Shown: positions 1 to 8,386, numbered from the stretch's first letter. The stretch is 64,000 bases of DNA from a virus (IMGVR_UViG_3300020045_009164:10753-74752), one strand, 5' to 3'. Notes: generated by a model not told the origin, from the letters alone. Numbers and translations: made by a program.

Positions 1-21
1 CTCAAATTTAAACTATTAGGT

Positions 22-49
22 GCCAGTCCATGTCTGAGTATGGACTGGC
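22..49. other. Perfect 10-bp inverted repeat (hairpin) upstream of first early gene
   Basis: GCCAGTCCAT (22-31) / ATGGACTGGC (40-49), 8-nt loop; no U-tract. Confidence 0.6.
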
Positions 50-85
50 TTGGAAAACGATTCTAGACCTATTGGAGGAGGCAGC

Positions 86-274
86 ATGTTCATAGTGACA
101 GTCATCAACAATGAATATAAATGGTATCTCAAGTCAACAACCTGGACAGGTTTCTTGGACAGAGCTGACAAATTCATGACTGAGCAAGAAGCAAGAGATG
201 CAGCTAAGAGAGCAGAAAAATTTATGCATCCAAGGATCAAGAGAAATTATAAAATTGATGATTTAACAAAGTGA
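86..274 (+). CDS. Hypothetical early protein
   Basis: ORF 50..274; ATG at 86 follows GGAGGAGG RBS. Confidence 0.7.
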   Translation: MFIVTVINNEYKWYLKSTTWTGFLDRADKFMTEQEARDAAKRAEKFMHPRIKRNYKIDDLTK

Positions 275-289
275 GAACGGAGGAGACAA

Positions 290-559
290 ATGCATACTAA
301 AGGGCCTTGGTTGCTTCAGAAGTCAACCATATACGTTATGAAACCAGAATATGAGTGGGTTGCTACCACCAACCGTATAATTGGTGGGATGCCGGAAGAC
401 AGAGAAAAGGAAGAGGCAAACGCCAGACTCATAGCTGCTGCTCCTGATCTTCTTGAGGCTGCTGAGATGGTAGCGATTGATTTGGAAAATGCTGTTGGTA
501 ACAGGGAGACAATGGCTGCTTGTCTTAGAGCCGCAATCAACAAAGCCAAAGGAGAATAG
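290..559 (+). CDS. Conserved phage hypothetical protein (HTxGPW...ANARLIAAAPDLL family)
   Basis: Recognisable widespread phage motif; GGAGACAA RBS. Confidence 0.8.
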   Translation: MHTKGPWLLQKSTIYVMKPEYEWVATTNRIIGGMPEDREKEEANARLIAAAPDLLEAAEMVAIDLENAVGNRETMAACLRAAINKAKGE

Positions 560-561
560 TA

Positions 562-867
562 ATGAATTCAAGAATATGCCAACATTGCGGGGTGGATACC
601 AATAACGAGAATCACGCTTGTGATTGCCCTTTTGTGACAGGAATGTGGCAGGAAAAGATTGATGTTTTGCTTGAGGCTCTAACTTATGCTTTTAAAGGTA
701 TGCCAGAAGTAGTATATCGCCGTCCCTCTGAGTATATTGATGGATATATGGAACGCGATCTGGATTTCATGGAGAATAACAAAGACGCCTGTATATGGTT
801 CCTTGAGAATAGGGATTTCATATTTAATAATGTTAATCGAGCAATTAATAGAGCCAGAGGAGAATGA
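562..867 (+). CDS. Hypothetical protein
   Basis: 101-aa ORF tightly packed in + strand operon. Confidence 0.7.
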   Translation: MNSRICQHCGVDTNNENHACDCPFVTGMWQEKIDVLLEALTYAFKGMPEVVYRRPSEYIDGYMERDLDFMENNKDACIWFLENRDFIFNNVNRAINRARGE

Positions 868-1006
868 TATGATAACTACGGAAGTCGTTATTGCAAAACA
901 TGACCCATCAGAACGGTTGTGCAAGCACTGGAAAAAGATATGGCTGAAGAGGAGGAGAAATACAGAAGATTTGAGTGGGCCTACGCCCTGCTGAAAGTTA
1001 TGGAGG

Positions 1007-1225
1007 ATGATCCAGAAGAGTTGTCAGTCTTATTGTATGGCCATTGATATGATCAAAAATCTACCGAAAGAAATTCAAGAAGCCCTTCAACTTTTATGGG
1101 ATTATTCTGACGACGCCTGTTTGTCAGGACGAACTCAGGAGGAGTGTGAAGAAGAAGGATTTGATTGTCAGGGTGAGAGTGCTCACTATGTAACTTTTGT
1201 TATTTCGAGGAGATCACAATGCTAA
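1007..1225 (+). CDS. Hypothetical protein
   Basis: GGAGG RBS, overlaps next ORF. Confidence 0.65.
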   Translation: MIQKSCQSYCMAIDMIKNLPKEIQEALQLLWDYSDDACLSGRTQEECEEEGFDCQGESAHYVTFVISRRSQC

Positions 1226-1494
1226 CCAAGAATCACTTCCAACAAGCTATAGATGCTCAGTCAGCATGTAATCTTTCAGGCATCGTCCATAGTTTTAGTG
1301 AAACCTTAACTCACATCTGGGAGGATTCAGATGGTAGGGGTACAGATTGGGTGAACAAACATCCCATCTGCCGCCTGTACGCTGAACAGATTTGCTTCTT
1401 GTCAGGAGGTGGGGCTACTATGGATGGAAACTCTTATAGGGTGGCTTATAACCAGGTTGAGGAAATTATAGCTCAGTGGAGGGACTATGATTGA
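1219..1494 (+). CDS. Conserved phage hypothetical protein
   Basis: GAGGAG RBS; AQSACNLSGIVHSF / WVNxHPI motifs seen in phage early proteins. Confidence 0.7.
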   Translation: MLTKNHFQQAIDAQSACNLSGIVHSFSETLTHIWEDSDGRGTDWVNKHPICRLYAEQICFLSGGGATMDGNSYRVAYNQVEEIIAQWRDYD

Positions 1495-1690
1495 CTTCAT
1501 CCTAGCCTCAACAACAGGGGTGATACTTTACAATCTCTTCCCAAAGCTCTATGAAACCCCAGTAAAATTTTTGTTTGTGTTAGTCGTATTGACAATGTTG
1601 GTAATGTATATAAGTGATTTAATCAAGAGGAGATTTACAGATGAAACCAGGAGAAGAAATAGAAAAGGCCAAAATCAGGCTGGCAGATGA
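1487..1690 (+). CDS. Small membrane protein (2 TM)
   Basis: Two hydrophobic segments, basic C-terminus. Confidence 0.6.
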   Translation: MIDFILASTTGVILYNLFPKLYETPVKFLFVLVVLTMLVMYISDLIKRRFTDETRRRNRKGQNQAGR

Positions 1691-1820
1691 CATTTTCTAC
1701 ATGATCAGGGACTTTAACGAGAAACATGGGTGCATGATTTCTAGTATAAATCTCAGATATGCCAGCACTGTGGGTTGTAATGAGGAGTTATTTCAAGTTG
1801 CTTTAACAGTGGAGATTTAA
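1641..1820 (+). CDS. 59-aa hypothetical protein (not in ORF track)
   Basis: AGAGGAG RBS; MKPGEEIEKAKIRLADDIFYM...TVEI fills the gap to 1823. Confidence 0.6.
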   Translation: MKPGEEIEKAKIRLADDIFYMIRDFNEKHGCMISSINLRYASTVGCNEELFQVALTVEI

Positions 1821-1822
1821 CC

Positions 1823-2218
1823 ATGGGAACCAACTATTACTTACACCAAGAACCGTGTCCACACTGTAAACACCAACCAGAACCTCTACACATCGGTAAG
1901 TCATCTGGGGGTTGGTGCTTCTCCCTCCATGTCATACCTGAACTTGGCTTGAATAGCTTGGAGGATTGGAAGGAGTTGTGCCAGGACCAATATACCTATA
2001 CCATTAAAGATGAGTATGGATATATTATCTCTTTACAGAAGCTACTTGGGATTATTACGGAGAGATCACAAAAGAGGGTGCCACAAGACAACTTTGACTT
2101 TGAAAGAAACTATGCTGAACCAGGACCAAATGGTTTAGTAAGGAGCAAGATAGATGGTGAGCGTTGTCTTGGCCATGGTGAAGGAACTTGGGATTACATT
2201 ATAGGAGATTTTTCATGA
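1823..2218 (+). CDS. Conserved phage hypothetical protein (MGTNYY...LHIGKSSxGWxF)
   Basis: Widespread phage family motif; CxxC. Confidence 0.8.
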   Translation: MGTNYYLHQEPCPHCKHQPEPLHIGKSSGGWCFSLHVIPELGLNSLEDWKELCQDQYTYTIKDEYGYIISLQKLLGIITERSQKRVPQDNFDFERNYAEPGPNGLVRSKIDGERCLGHGEGTWDYIIGDFS

Positions 2219-2382
2219 TCTGCTATAGAGACATCACGTTCTGCACCTTCTACGAAACCTGTAAAGAGCCATGCTACAGGGCGCTGACACCTGATGTAAT
2301 TGCCGCTGCTGAATTATGGTGGGGGAGTGAGGATGTACCAATAGCTACTTTTATGGAAAAACCTGAATGTTATAAACCTTAA
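2215..2382 (+). CDS. Small Cys-rich hypothetical protein
   Basis: ATGA coupling to upstream stop; MICYRDITFC...CYRAL. Confidence 0.65.
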   Translation: MICYRDITFCTFYETCKEPCYRALTPDVIAAAELWWGSEDVPIATFMEKPECYKP

Positions 2383-2429
2383 TACTTTCTCCCAAACTAT
2401 CATCCAGTAAAAATTCAAAGGAGACAAAA

Positions 2430-2820
2430 ATGAGAATCAAAAATGGTTTCATAACCAAGTATGAAGACAACACCATTAAATTTCACAACGTAAGACCTAC
2501 ATGTACCCACAGCTTCTGGTACTCAGACAATTATGTCATATTGAGGCCGGAGATGTTTGATGACGTTGACCTGGGAGATCGGGATAAATCTTTGAAGCAG
2601 GTACACGGTGGTAAGTTGATTATGCCTCTGCCTGAGTTGAGGGTGGACGATAAGGTGATGGATAGCAGTGGATTAAGATTCCACTTCTCTCACTTTAACG
2701 AGGAGGGGGGAGATGATGGTCTTTCAAGACGGCGGGACATCATGGACATCAACTATTACTTTTGTACTGAAAAAATGGAAACTTCCCAATGAGGAGAAAC
2801 AAAATGACCAAGAATTCTAA
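2430..2820 (+). pseudogene. Hypothetical protein apparently frameshifted in a G6 run (2705-2710)
   Basis: Removing one G gives ...HFSHFNEEGEMMVFQDGGTSWTS...KWKLP ending at TAA 2820 over the next RBS. Confidence 0.5.
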
Positions 2821-3025
2821 GCAAGCAGTAAGAGAAATGAAGCCAGTGGATATGACTGATCACGGCTTCTCTGATTATCTTTTCAGAGCAGATCCCAATT
2901 GGCAGTATGAATCTGTCACAACTACGCCACCTTACACAAAATACTTCACGAAGAATAAGAAGAAAATTCTGGCTATTGTTATATACGACAACGCTAGATC
3001 AACTCGGAGGATTTACATACCATGA
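2804..3025 (+). CDS. Hypothetical protein
   Basis: GAGGAG RBS; ATGA coupling to RNA ligase. Confidence 0.65.
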   Translation: MTKNSKQAVREMKPVDMTDHGFSDYLFRADPNWQYESVTTTPPYTKYFTKNKKKILAIVIYDNARSTRRIYIP

Positions 3026-4065
3026 GACTAATAAAGTTTCCGTCAATAGAGCAATACAGGAATGTAATAAGGAATGTAAAACACAAAGCTCAATTTGTTG
3101 GTCTTGATGAAAACGGGGAGCCAATTGTAAACACCAGGGCGAAACTACCAACCTTGGATTTTGAAGGAACAGTAAAGCTCCACGGTACCAACGCTGGAGT
3201 TGGTATAGATCCCAGATGTAATATGCGGGTGCAATCAAGAACAAACATAATCACACCTGAAAAAGACAATGCTGGATTTGCTATGTTTGTTCATAACAAT
3301 AAAAATATATTTATAGACATAGTAGGTGAGTCAGTTGACCTTAGAACAGGAACACTTGACAAAGATGTGATTGTATTTGGAGAGTGGTGTGGGGGAAGCA
3401 TTCAGAAAGGGGTTGCTATTTGTCAACTGCCAAAGATGTTTGTTGTATTTAATATATCTCTGGTGGATAGCGAAGGTAATAAGGACTACTTGAGTAGAAA
3501 CGAAATTGAATATGTTACGAGAGGTTGTGATGATGGTTTAGTAAAATCTATCTATAGCTTCCCCACTTGGACTATGAAAATAGACTTTGACAATCCAGCT
3601 TTATACCAGAATGAATTAAACACTATAACTGAGGGGGTAGAAACTGAATGCCCTGTAGGGAAGTCGCTAGGTGTCACAGGTGTGGGAGAAGGTGTTGTAT
3701 GGAGGTGTGTTACTCTAGGGTATGAGGATTCTGGCTTCTGGTTTAAGGTCAAAGGGGAGAAGCACAGTCAGAGTAAGGTCAGAACACTAGCCAAAGTTGA
3801 TGTAGAAAAACTAAATAGTATAAAAGAGTTGGCGGATAAAGTAGCTAATAATGAAAGGCTTGAGCAAGCCCACCAAGTAGTATTCGACACTCTTAATGGC
3901 GGGGAAACTGATATTAAAAAGATGGGAGATTTTATAAAGGCTGTGATGGCTGACATATTCAAGGAGGAGATGGATACTGTCTCTGCTAGTGGGTTTACAG
4001 GGAAGGAGTTGAGCCAACCTGTTTACAAAATATGTCGGGATTTTATCATGAGAAGGTTAAATTAA
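3022..4065 (+). CDS. RNA ligase (Rnl2-like nucleotidyltransferase)
   Basis: Motif I TVKLHGTNA, FGEWCG, GEGVVW, FKVKGEKH. Confidence 0.85.
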   Translation: MRLIKFPSIEQYRNVIRNVKHKAQFVGLDENGEPIVNTRAKLPTLDFEGTVKLHGTNAGVGIDPRCNMRVQSRTNIITPEKDNAGFAMFVHNNKNIFIDIVGESVDLRTGTLDKDVIVFGEWCGGSIQKGVAICQLPKMFVVFNISLVDSEGNKDYLSRNEIEYVTRGCDDGLVKSIYSFPTWTMKIDFDNPALYQNELNTITEGVETECPVGKSLGVTGVGEGVVWRCVTLGYEDSGFWFKVKGEKHSQSKVRTLAKVDVEKLNSIKELADKVANNERLEQAHQVVFDTLNGGETDIKKMGDFIKAVMADIFKEEMDTVSASGFTGKELSQPVYKICRDFIMRRLN

Positions 4066-4081
4066 GGGGGTGTGGTGTGTG

Positions 4082-4336
4082 ATGAGAATTCTTTCGATTG
4101 ACGCTTGGGCTGATGGTGACGGCTGGTCCTGGAACCAGTGGTGGATAGTAGGTGAGATAACCAAAGAGGAATTTGAAGCTATCACTGACTATGCTCAGTG
4201 GTTTGTTGATAACGGCTACATAGAACCTCACGCTGAGTCTTTGGTAGATACTGAAGATGATCAATATAACATTGTGCTGTTTGAGAAAGAGAATGGTATG
4301 CCCATATACGCTATTGAATATGGCCCAGAATACTAA
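4082..4336 (+). CDS. Acidic, aromatic-rich hypothetical protein
   Basis: D/E- and W-rich 84-aa ORF (MRILSIDAW...). Confidence 0.7.
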   Translation: MRILSIDAWADGDGWSWNQWWIVGEITKEEFEAITDYAQWFVDNGYIEPHAESLVDTEDDQYNIVLFEKENGMPIYAIEYGPEY

Positions 4337-4440
4337 ATGAAACTTATAGAACTTAAATGTGGGGCTGTGGGGCGCAGGGGTGTCTATATGTGACGACTGC
4401 GCTTTCTGGGCCGACAACTCAATACACCTTGGGAGAAGAT

Positions 4441-4575
4441 ATGGGCATAGAAGAAACCAACCAACTCTTAGACGAAATCATCAACCAAATCCATGTAGAT
4501 ATAATTTTACCTGGAACTATGACCATTGATGAGGTGGTATCAGCTGTTGAAATAGGACTGAGGACAGACAGATGA
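4441..4575 (+). CDS. Small hypothetical protein
   Basis: GGGAG RBS before ATG 4441; ATGA coupling. Confidence 0.5.
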   Translation: MGIEETNQLLDEIINQIHVDIILPGTMTIDEVVSAVEIGLRTDR

Positions 4576-4835
4576 TCCTAGAACTCAGAGTCCTCCACGA
4601 CGACGCCAAAGTAAGAATGTTGACTACAGTCTGGCCAGCCAGGTCATTTGGACCAAGTGATCTGGCTAGGGCCGGGAAACTTCTTTTAAGTTCTGATAGT
4701 ACAATAATTTCAGTTAGATCTAATTACTTATCTAAAATATTTGACTCAAAACAATGGACTTGGCAGCGATCAGACTTGACTTCAGATCAAGAACGTCTGG
4801 TGGATCTGCTGGAGGAGGAGGAGGTGACATGGTGA
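4572..4835 (+). CDS. Hypothetical protein
   Basis: Operon packing. Confidence 0.6.
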   Translation: MILELRVLHDDAKVRMLTTVWPARSFGPSDLARAGKLLLSSDSTIISVRSNYLSKIFDSKQWTWQRSDLTSDQERLVDLLEEEEVTW

Positions 4836-5020
4836 CAATGAAAGCAAAAGAGCTTGCTGAACAATTGCTCAGACACCCTGATTTTGATGTTGAGTTTGGG
4901 TTTCTAGAGCCTGATGGATCATCTTGGGGGATTAGGCTTCGTAGGTTTGTGGTGATGATTGACGACATAGGTTACAGCAGTAAGAAAGTTATTCTTGGAC
5001 CGAGAGAGGAGATAAAATGA
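4829..5020 (+). CDS. Hypothetical protein
   Basis: Strong GGAGG RBS; MKAKELAEQLLRHPDFDV. Confidence 0.65.
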   Translation: MVTMKAKELAEQLLRHPDFDVEFGFLEPDGSSWGIRLRRFVVMIDDIGYSSKKVILGPREEIK

Positions 5021-5244
5021 AACCGGGAGACTTGGTTGCTATTAGAGGGGATTTACGTCTAAATATGAATGGTCAGTGTAGCTATACTCCAGATCAGCTA
5101 GTAGATGGTAAGTATGTGAAACATACCGGACACGGTGGGATTTGGACTGGTGTTGTGAAGAAGATTAGAGGAGACAGGGTTCTGGTTGGAGGAGGTTGGT
5201 GGTATTATAATTTGTGTGAAGTTATAACTGAAGGAGACAAATAA
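5017..5244 (+). CDS. Hypothetical protein (SH3/KOW-like beta protein)
   Basis: MKPGDLV...GVVKKIRGDRVLV pattern. Confidence 0.6.
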   Translation: MKPGDLVAIRGDLRLNMNGQCSYTPDQLVDGKYVKHTGHGGIWTGVVKKIRGDRVLVGGGWWYYNLCEVITEGDK

Positions 5245-5675
5245 TGAATATAACAATCAAAAAACTTACAGAAAACACCAACATTCCAGCAAAACTTGTA
5301 CGATCAGTAATCACTCAACTCGGAGGGTGGGAATCATTTCAGCAATCAGCACCTGATATCACCAACCATGGAATTGATGGTGGCTTCCATGGCTTCATCT
5401 ACTACACCGACACAGTAGCCTTCTTCAAGAAAAATAGAGCTGCTATTTTGGAGCTGGCCGAAGATGAATGGCGAGACATTGGTTACGAGGGAATGTTCTC
5501 CATGTTTGCCTCGTTCAACTGTATGAAGAGTTTGGAAGTGAGGGAGGATGAAATAGCCAAAGTCATCTACACTTACAAAGGTGAGTGCGCTGACCAGATT
5601 ATGAATTGTCTGGCTTGGTATGCCGGTGAGGAAGTGGCTAGAGCCTACTGTGATTTAGTGGAGGAGTCGAAATGA
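5244..5675 (+). CDS. DUF7222-like phage protein (possible Ocr-like DNA mimic)
   Basis: GFIYYTDTxxFF...I...NCLAWYAGEE motifs; acidic. Confidence 0.6.
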   Translation: MNITIKKLTENTNIPAKLVRSVITQLGGWESFQQSAPDITNHGIDGGFHGFIYYTDTVAFFKKNRAAILELAEDEWRDIGYEGMFSMFASFNCMKSLEVREDEIAKVIYTYKGECADQIMNCLAWYAGEEVARAYCDLVEESK

Positions 5676-5995
5676 AAAAGAAAGTGAGAGCAGAAGTTTT
5701 TGCCGGGGGTATAGGAAATCTAACTGGGGGTCTGGCTGTTGTTACCAAGAAGTTTAATGAGTGGTTGGAGAGTGTGCCGGAGGAATATAGGAGTAGTGTT
5801 GAGTTAGAAATATCTTGTAATGATTGTGGTGAATATGGGTTCTCTACAGTAGAAATATACTACTACAGAGATGAGACTGACGAGGAAGAGGCAGCGAGGG
5901 AGAAGAAAGAGGCTAGAGGAAGGAAGTACGCTGAGGAAGAGGAGAGAAGAAAATACTTAGAACTCAAGAGAAAGTTTGAGGGAGACAACAAATGA
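5672..5995 (+). CDS. Hypothetical protein
   Basis: C-terminal E/R-rich helix YLELKRKFE; operon packing. Confidence 0.7.
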   Translation: MKKKVRAEVFAGGIGNLTGGLAVVTKKFNEWLESVPEEYRSSVELEISCNDCGEYGFSTVEIYYYRDETDEEEAAREKKEARGRKYAEEEERRKYLELKRKFEGDNK

Positions 5996-6336
5996 CCAGA
6001 GACATAACCCCTAACTGTCCTGATTGCGGGGCTGGAATAGGAGAGATTCATTACAACTATTGTGATGTGGAGAGGTGTGCTGAGTGTGGAGGTCAGTATA
6101 TATCATGTGGCTGTCCCGAAAACATCCACCCAAGACTACCTTGGACAGGACACTGGCCAGGAATTTTTGAATGTCAAGAGTTCGGTTGGTATTGTAAGTT
6201 TGTACGTGGCAAGGGGTGGGTTAGTTGCAGTGAGGAAGATACAGAAGCCACGGAGGATTTAAATAAGTTAAGTTTTGAAGCAGTATGGAGTGTTGAAAAG
6301 GGAAGATTCATAAAGTTTGAAGGAGAAGACAAATGA
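5992..6336 (+). CDS. Cys-rich (zinc-binding) phage protein
   Basis: CPDCG...H..CDVERC..CGGQ.ISCGC...WTG.WPG. Confidence 0.75.
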   Translation: MTRDITPNCPDCGAGIGEIHYNYCDVERCAECGGQYISCGCPENIHPRLPWTGHWPGIFECQEFGWYCKFVRGKGWVSCSEEDTEATEDLNKLSFEAVWSVEKGRFIKFEGEDK

Positions 6337-6764
6337 TCCACACACTTGATAGCAGAGACCTACAGAAAGAACTGGAACAACTAGAAGATGATCTCGAATC
6401 AATAACTGCTGAGTGGCAGGATCTCGTTGATGAACTGGCTGAAATGAGAGAGGATGAGGAAGTATCTCTCGGAGAAGAGAGGGAAATGGAAGAGAAAATA
6501 AAAGCCAAGGAGGAGGAAATCGAGGATTGGAAGGGAGACAATCAGGAGAGGTTGGACGATCTAAAGCAACTGTTCACCTCAATCGACGACGACTGTACTT
6601 TGGTCAGAGAGGACAGCTTTGAGGAATACGTACAGGAGTTGACTGAAGATATAGCAGGAGATATACCAAGCTGGTTGGTGATTGACTGGGAGGCTACAGC
6701 TAGAGACGTACAGATGGATTATACAGCTGTGGAATTTGACGGTGAAACTTGGTTGGTGAGGTGA
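6333..6764 (+). CDS. ArdA-like antirestriction (DNA mimic) protein
   Basis: Very acidic; C-terminal IDWEATARDVQMDYTAVEFDG resembles the ArdA C-terminal motif. Confidence 0.65.
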   Translation: MIHTLDSRDLQKELEQLEDDLESITAEWQDLVDELAEMREDEEVSLGEEREMEEKIKAKEEEIEDWKGDNQERLDDLKQLFTSIDDDCTLVREDSFEEYVQELTEDIAGDIPSWLVIDWEATARDVQMDYTAVEFDGETWLVR

Positions 6765-6768
6765 TGGT

Positions 6769-7116
6769 ATGAACTTATTAAAAGAAACACTGGAAGAATT
6801 GGAACGCAACAAAAAGACCATAGACGATGTGGTTTGGATTGGAACCAGAAACATAGAAATATCTAAAGAAAATTTTCTGGTCTTGGCTGATACAGACTAC
6901 GACAACGGCTACGGAGGTCAAGAGGTTGCTATTAACTTGATTATTGTCGGAGAGGGGTGGTGGATGGAGCGGGCTGAGTACGATGGTTCAGAGTGGTGGG
7001 CGTTTAAAATCAGTCCAGAAAGGCCACCTAAGAAGGTTAGTGTTAAGGCACTGACTGTTCACCAAAGTGAAGAGGGTAGCTGGTCCAGCCTGGAGGATTT
7101 GAATAATGTAATCTGA
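6769..7116 (+). CDS. Conserved phage hypothetical protein
   Basis: MNLLKET...YDNGYGGQE...WMERAEYDGSEWW family motif. Confidence 0.8.
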   Translation: MNLLKETLEELERNKKTIDDVVWIGTRNIEISKENFLVLADTDYDNGYGGQEVAINLIIVGEGWWMERAEYDGSEWWAFKISPERPPKKVSVKALTVHQSEEGSWSSLEDLNNVI

Positions 7117-7155
7117 AACAAAAACTGGCCTCCAGAAACAAGCTCTGGAGGCCAG
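7116..7155 (-). terminator. Rho-independent terminator for a - strand transcript
   Basis: 11-bp stem CTGGCCTCCAG/CTGGAGGCCAG, U-tract only on - strand (TTTTTGTTT). Confidence 0.8.
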
Positions 7156-7185
7156 CGGCCTAGGGAGGAGGCGTGAAGGAGACTC
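7116..7185 (-). ncRNA. Candidate ~70-nt anti-Shine-Dalgarno small RNA
   Basis: Own extended -10 promoter (TGgTACTAT, 7198-7190) and intrinsic terminator; 5' GAGUCUCCUUCA and CCUCCUCCC seeds. Confidence 0.55.
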
Positions 7186-7189
7186 TTAA

Positions 7190-7217
7190 ATAGTACCATA
7201 GTTGTATTTTAATACAA
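7190..7217 (-). promoter_or_regulatory. sigma70-type promoter, leftward
   Basis: TTGTAT-16bp-TACTAT with extended -10 TG. Confidence 0.6.
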
Positions 7218-7224
7218 TTAAATA

Positions 7225-7268
7225 TTTACGTCTAAAGTTTATGGTGGTATTATTTTTCCATAAACTTT
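7225..7268 (+). promoter_or_regulatory. sigma70 promoter with operator-like inverted repeat
   Basis: TTTACG-17bp-TATTAT with TG; perfect 11-bp IR AAAGTTTATGG (7234-7244)/CCATAAACTTT (7258-7268). Confidence 0.75.
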
Positions 7269-7276
7269 TATAAAGG

Positions 7277-7552
7277 GTGGAGACAATGGACACAGAAGAA
7301 GAGAAAAAGAAATTGGCCAGAACATCAATGCTGCTCATGAAGGGAATGTTATCAGAGCAGACTCCAGCTGTACAAGCGGCTGTAAAGCTATGTAAAGAAC
7401 AGCTAGGCAAAGTATGTGATGTTTACGACAACATAGGTGGGCCTGTCATAGCCTCAGTAGCTATGGCCCTGCTGACGTTGGAAAGGAGCCTAGGGATTAA
7501 AGATACTAAGCCTGTGGTTAAGGATGAACAACCTAATGTAGTAAAACATTAA
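7277..7552 (+). CDS. Hypothetical protein
   Basis: First ORF after promoter. Confidence 0.65.
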   Translation: METMDTEEEKKKLARTSMLLMKGMLSEQTPAVQAAVKLCKEQLGKVCDVYDNIGGPVIASVAMALLTLERSLGIKDTKPVVKDEQPNVVKH

Positions 7553-7564
7553 AACGGAGACAAC

Positions 7565-8386
7565 ATGAAGAAGATTATGGCTATGGTAGTTGTTGGTTTG
7601 TTGGTGTCGTCAGTGTGTGCTGCTGATGGAATTTCTACTGGAAAATCAACTGGGACTTACTACAAAGTAGGTCACAATATTGCAGCTGGTCTGGGCATGA
7701 GTAAGGACAAAGTACTGGAGTCCAAAGGCTCAGTTGAGAATCTGGACAGGTTGGTTAAAGGAGAGGCTGATATTGCTATGGTACAGATGGACGCCCTAGC
7801 CTTTTACATGACCCAGAATCCTGGAGCTGCTCAAGTTGTGGAGGTGGTCGGCCCACTCTATGAGGAGTGTGTCTACGTGGCTGTCAACAAAGAAGGTAAG
7901 GTCAAATCTGAAGATGACCTCCAGAAGAAAGGAGCGGTAATTGCTATAGGTGAAGAGGGTACTGGCTCTGTAGTGACCTGGGATTACATGAGACAACTGG
8001 AGCCTGGGTACAAAGAATCTGCTGTGTCTTTTACCAGCGGTAACAGAGCACTAGGTAAACTTGCCTCTTCACCAGACTCCGGACTAGATGCTGTGATGTG
8101 GGTGGCTAGACCTGATGCTAAGAACGACCTCCTTCAAACTGTCATGAAGAACAAGAGCTTGAAGATGATCAACATTAACGACAGTAATCTTAATAATGTC
8201 TACAAGCCAACCGGAAAGCCGGTGTATCGTTTTGATAATTTTAAGGTTGAGTCAGGTTTCTTCGCTGACAAAGTAAAGACTATTTATGTTGACGCCGTGG
8301 TTGTAGCAAGATCAGAGGCTGACCCAAAGCTGTTGGAGAAGCTCTCTAACTTGGTCTTAAACTATAAGGAGACATTACTCAAGTGA
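7565..8386 (+). CDS. TAXI-family TRAP transporter solute-binding protein
   Basis: Signal peptide; TGxxxGTYY, SKGSVENL, ADIAMVQMDA, IAIGEEGTGS motifs. Confidence 0.85.
   Translation: MKKIMAMVVVGLLVSSVCAADGISTGKSTGTYYKVGHNIAAGLGMSKDKVLESKGSVENLDRLVKGEADIAMVQMDALAFYMTQNPGAAQVVEVVGPLYEECVYVAVNKEGKVKSEDDLQKKGAVIAIGEEGTGSVVTWDYMRQLEPGYKESAVSFTSGNRALGKLASSPDSGLDAVMWVARPDAKNDLLQTVMKNKSLKMININDSNLNNVYKPTGKPVYRFDNFKVESGFFADKVKTIYVDAVVVARSEADPKLLEKLSNLVLNYKETLLK

Noticed and set aside
7186-7410. 74-aa - strand ORF upstream of the candidate sRNA
   Set aside because: Antisense shadow of 7277..7552 running through AT-rich promoter DNA; no RBS
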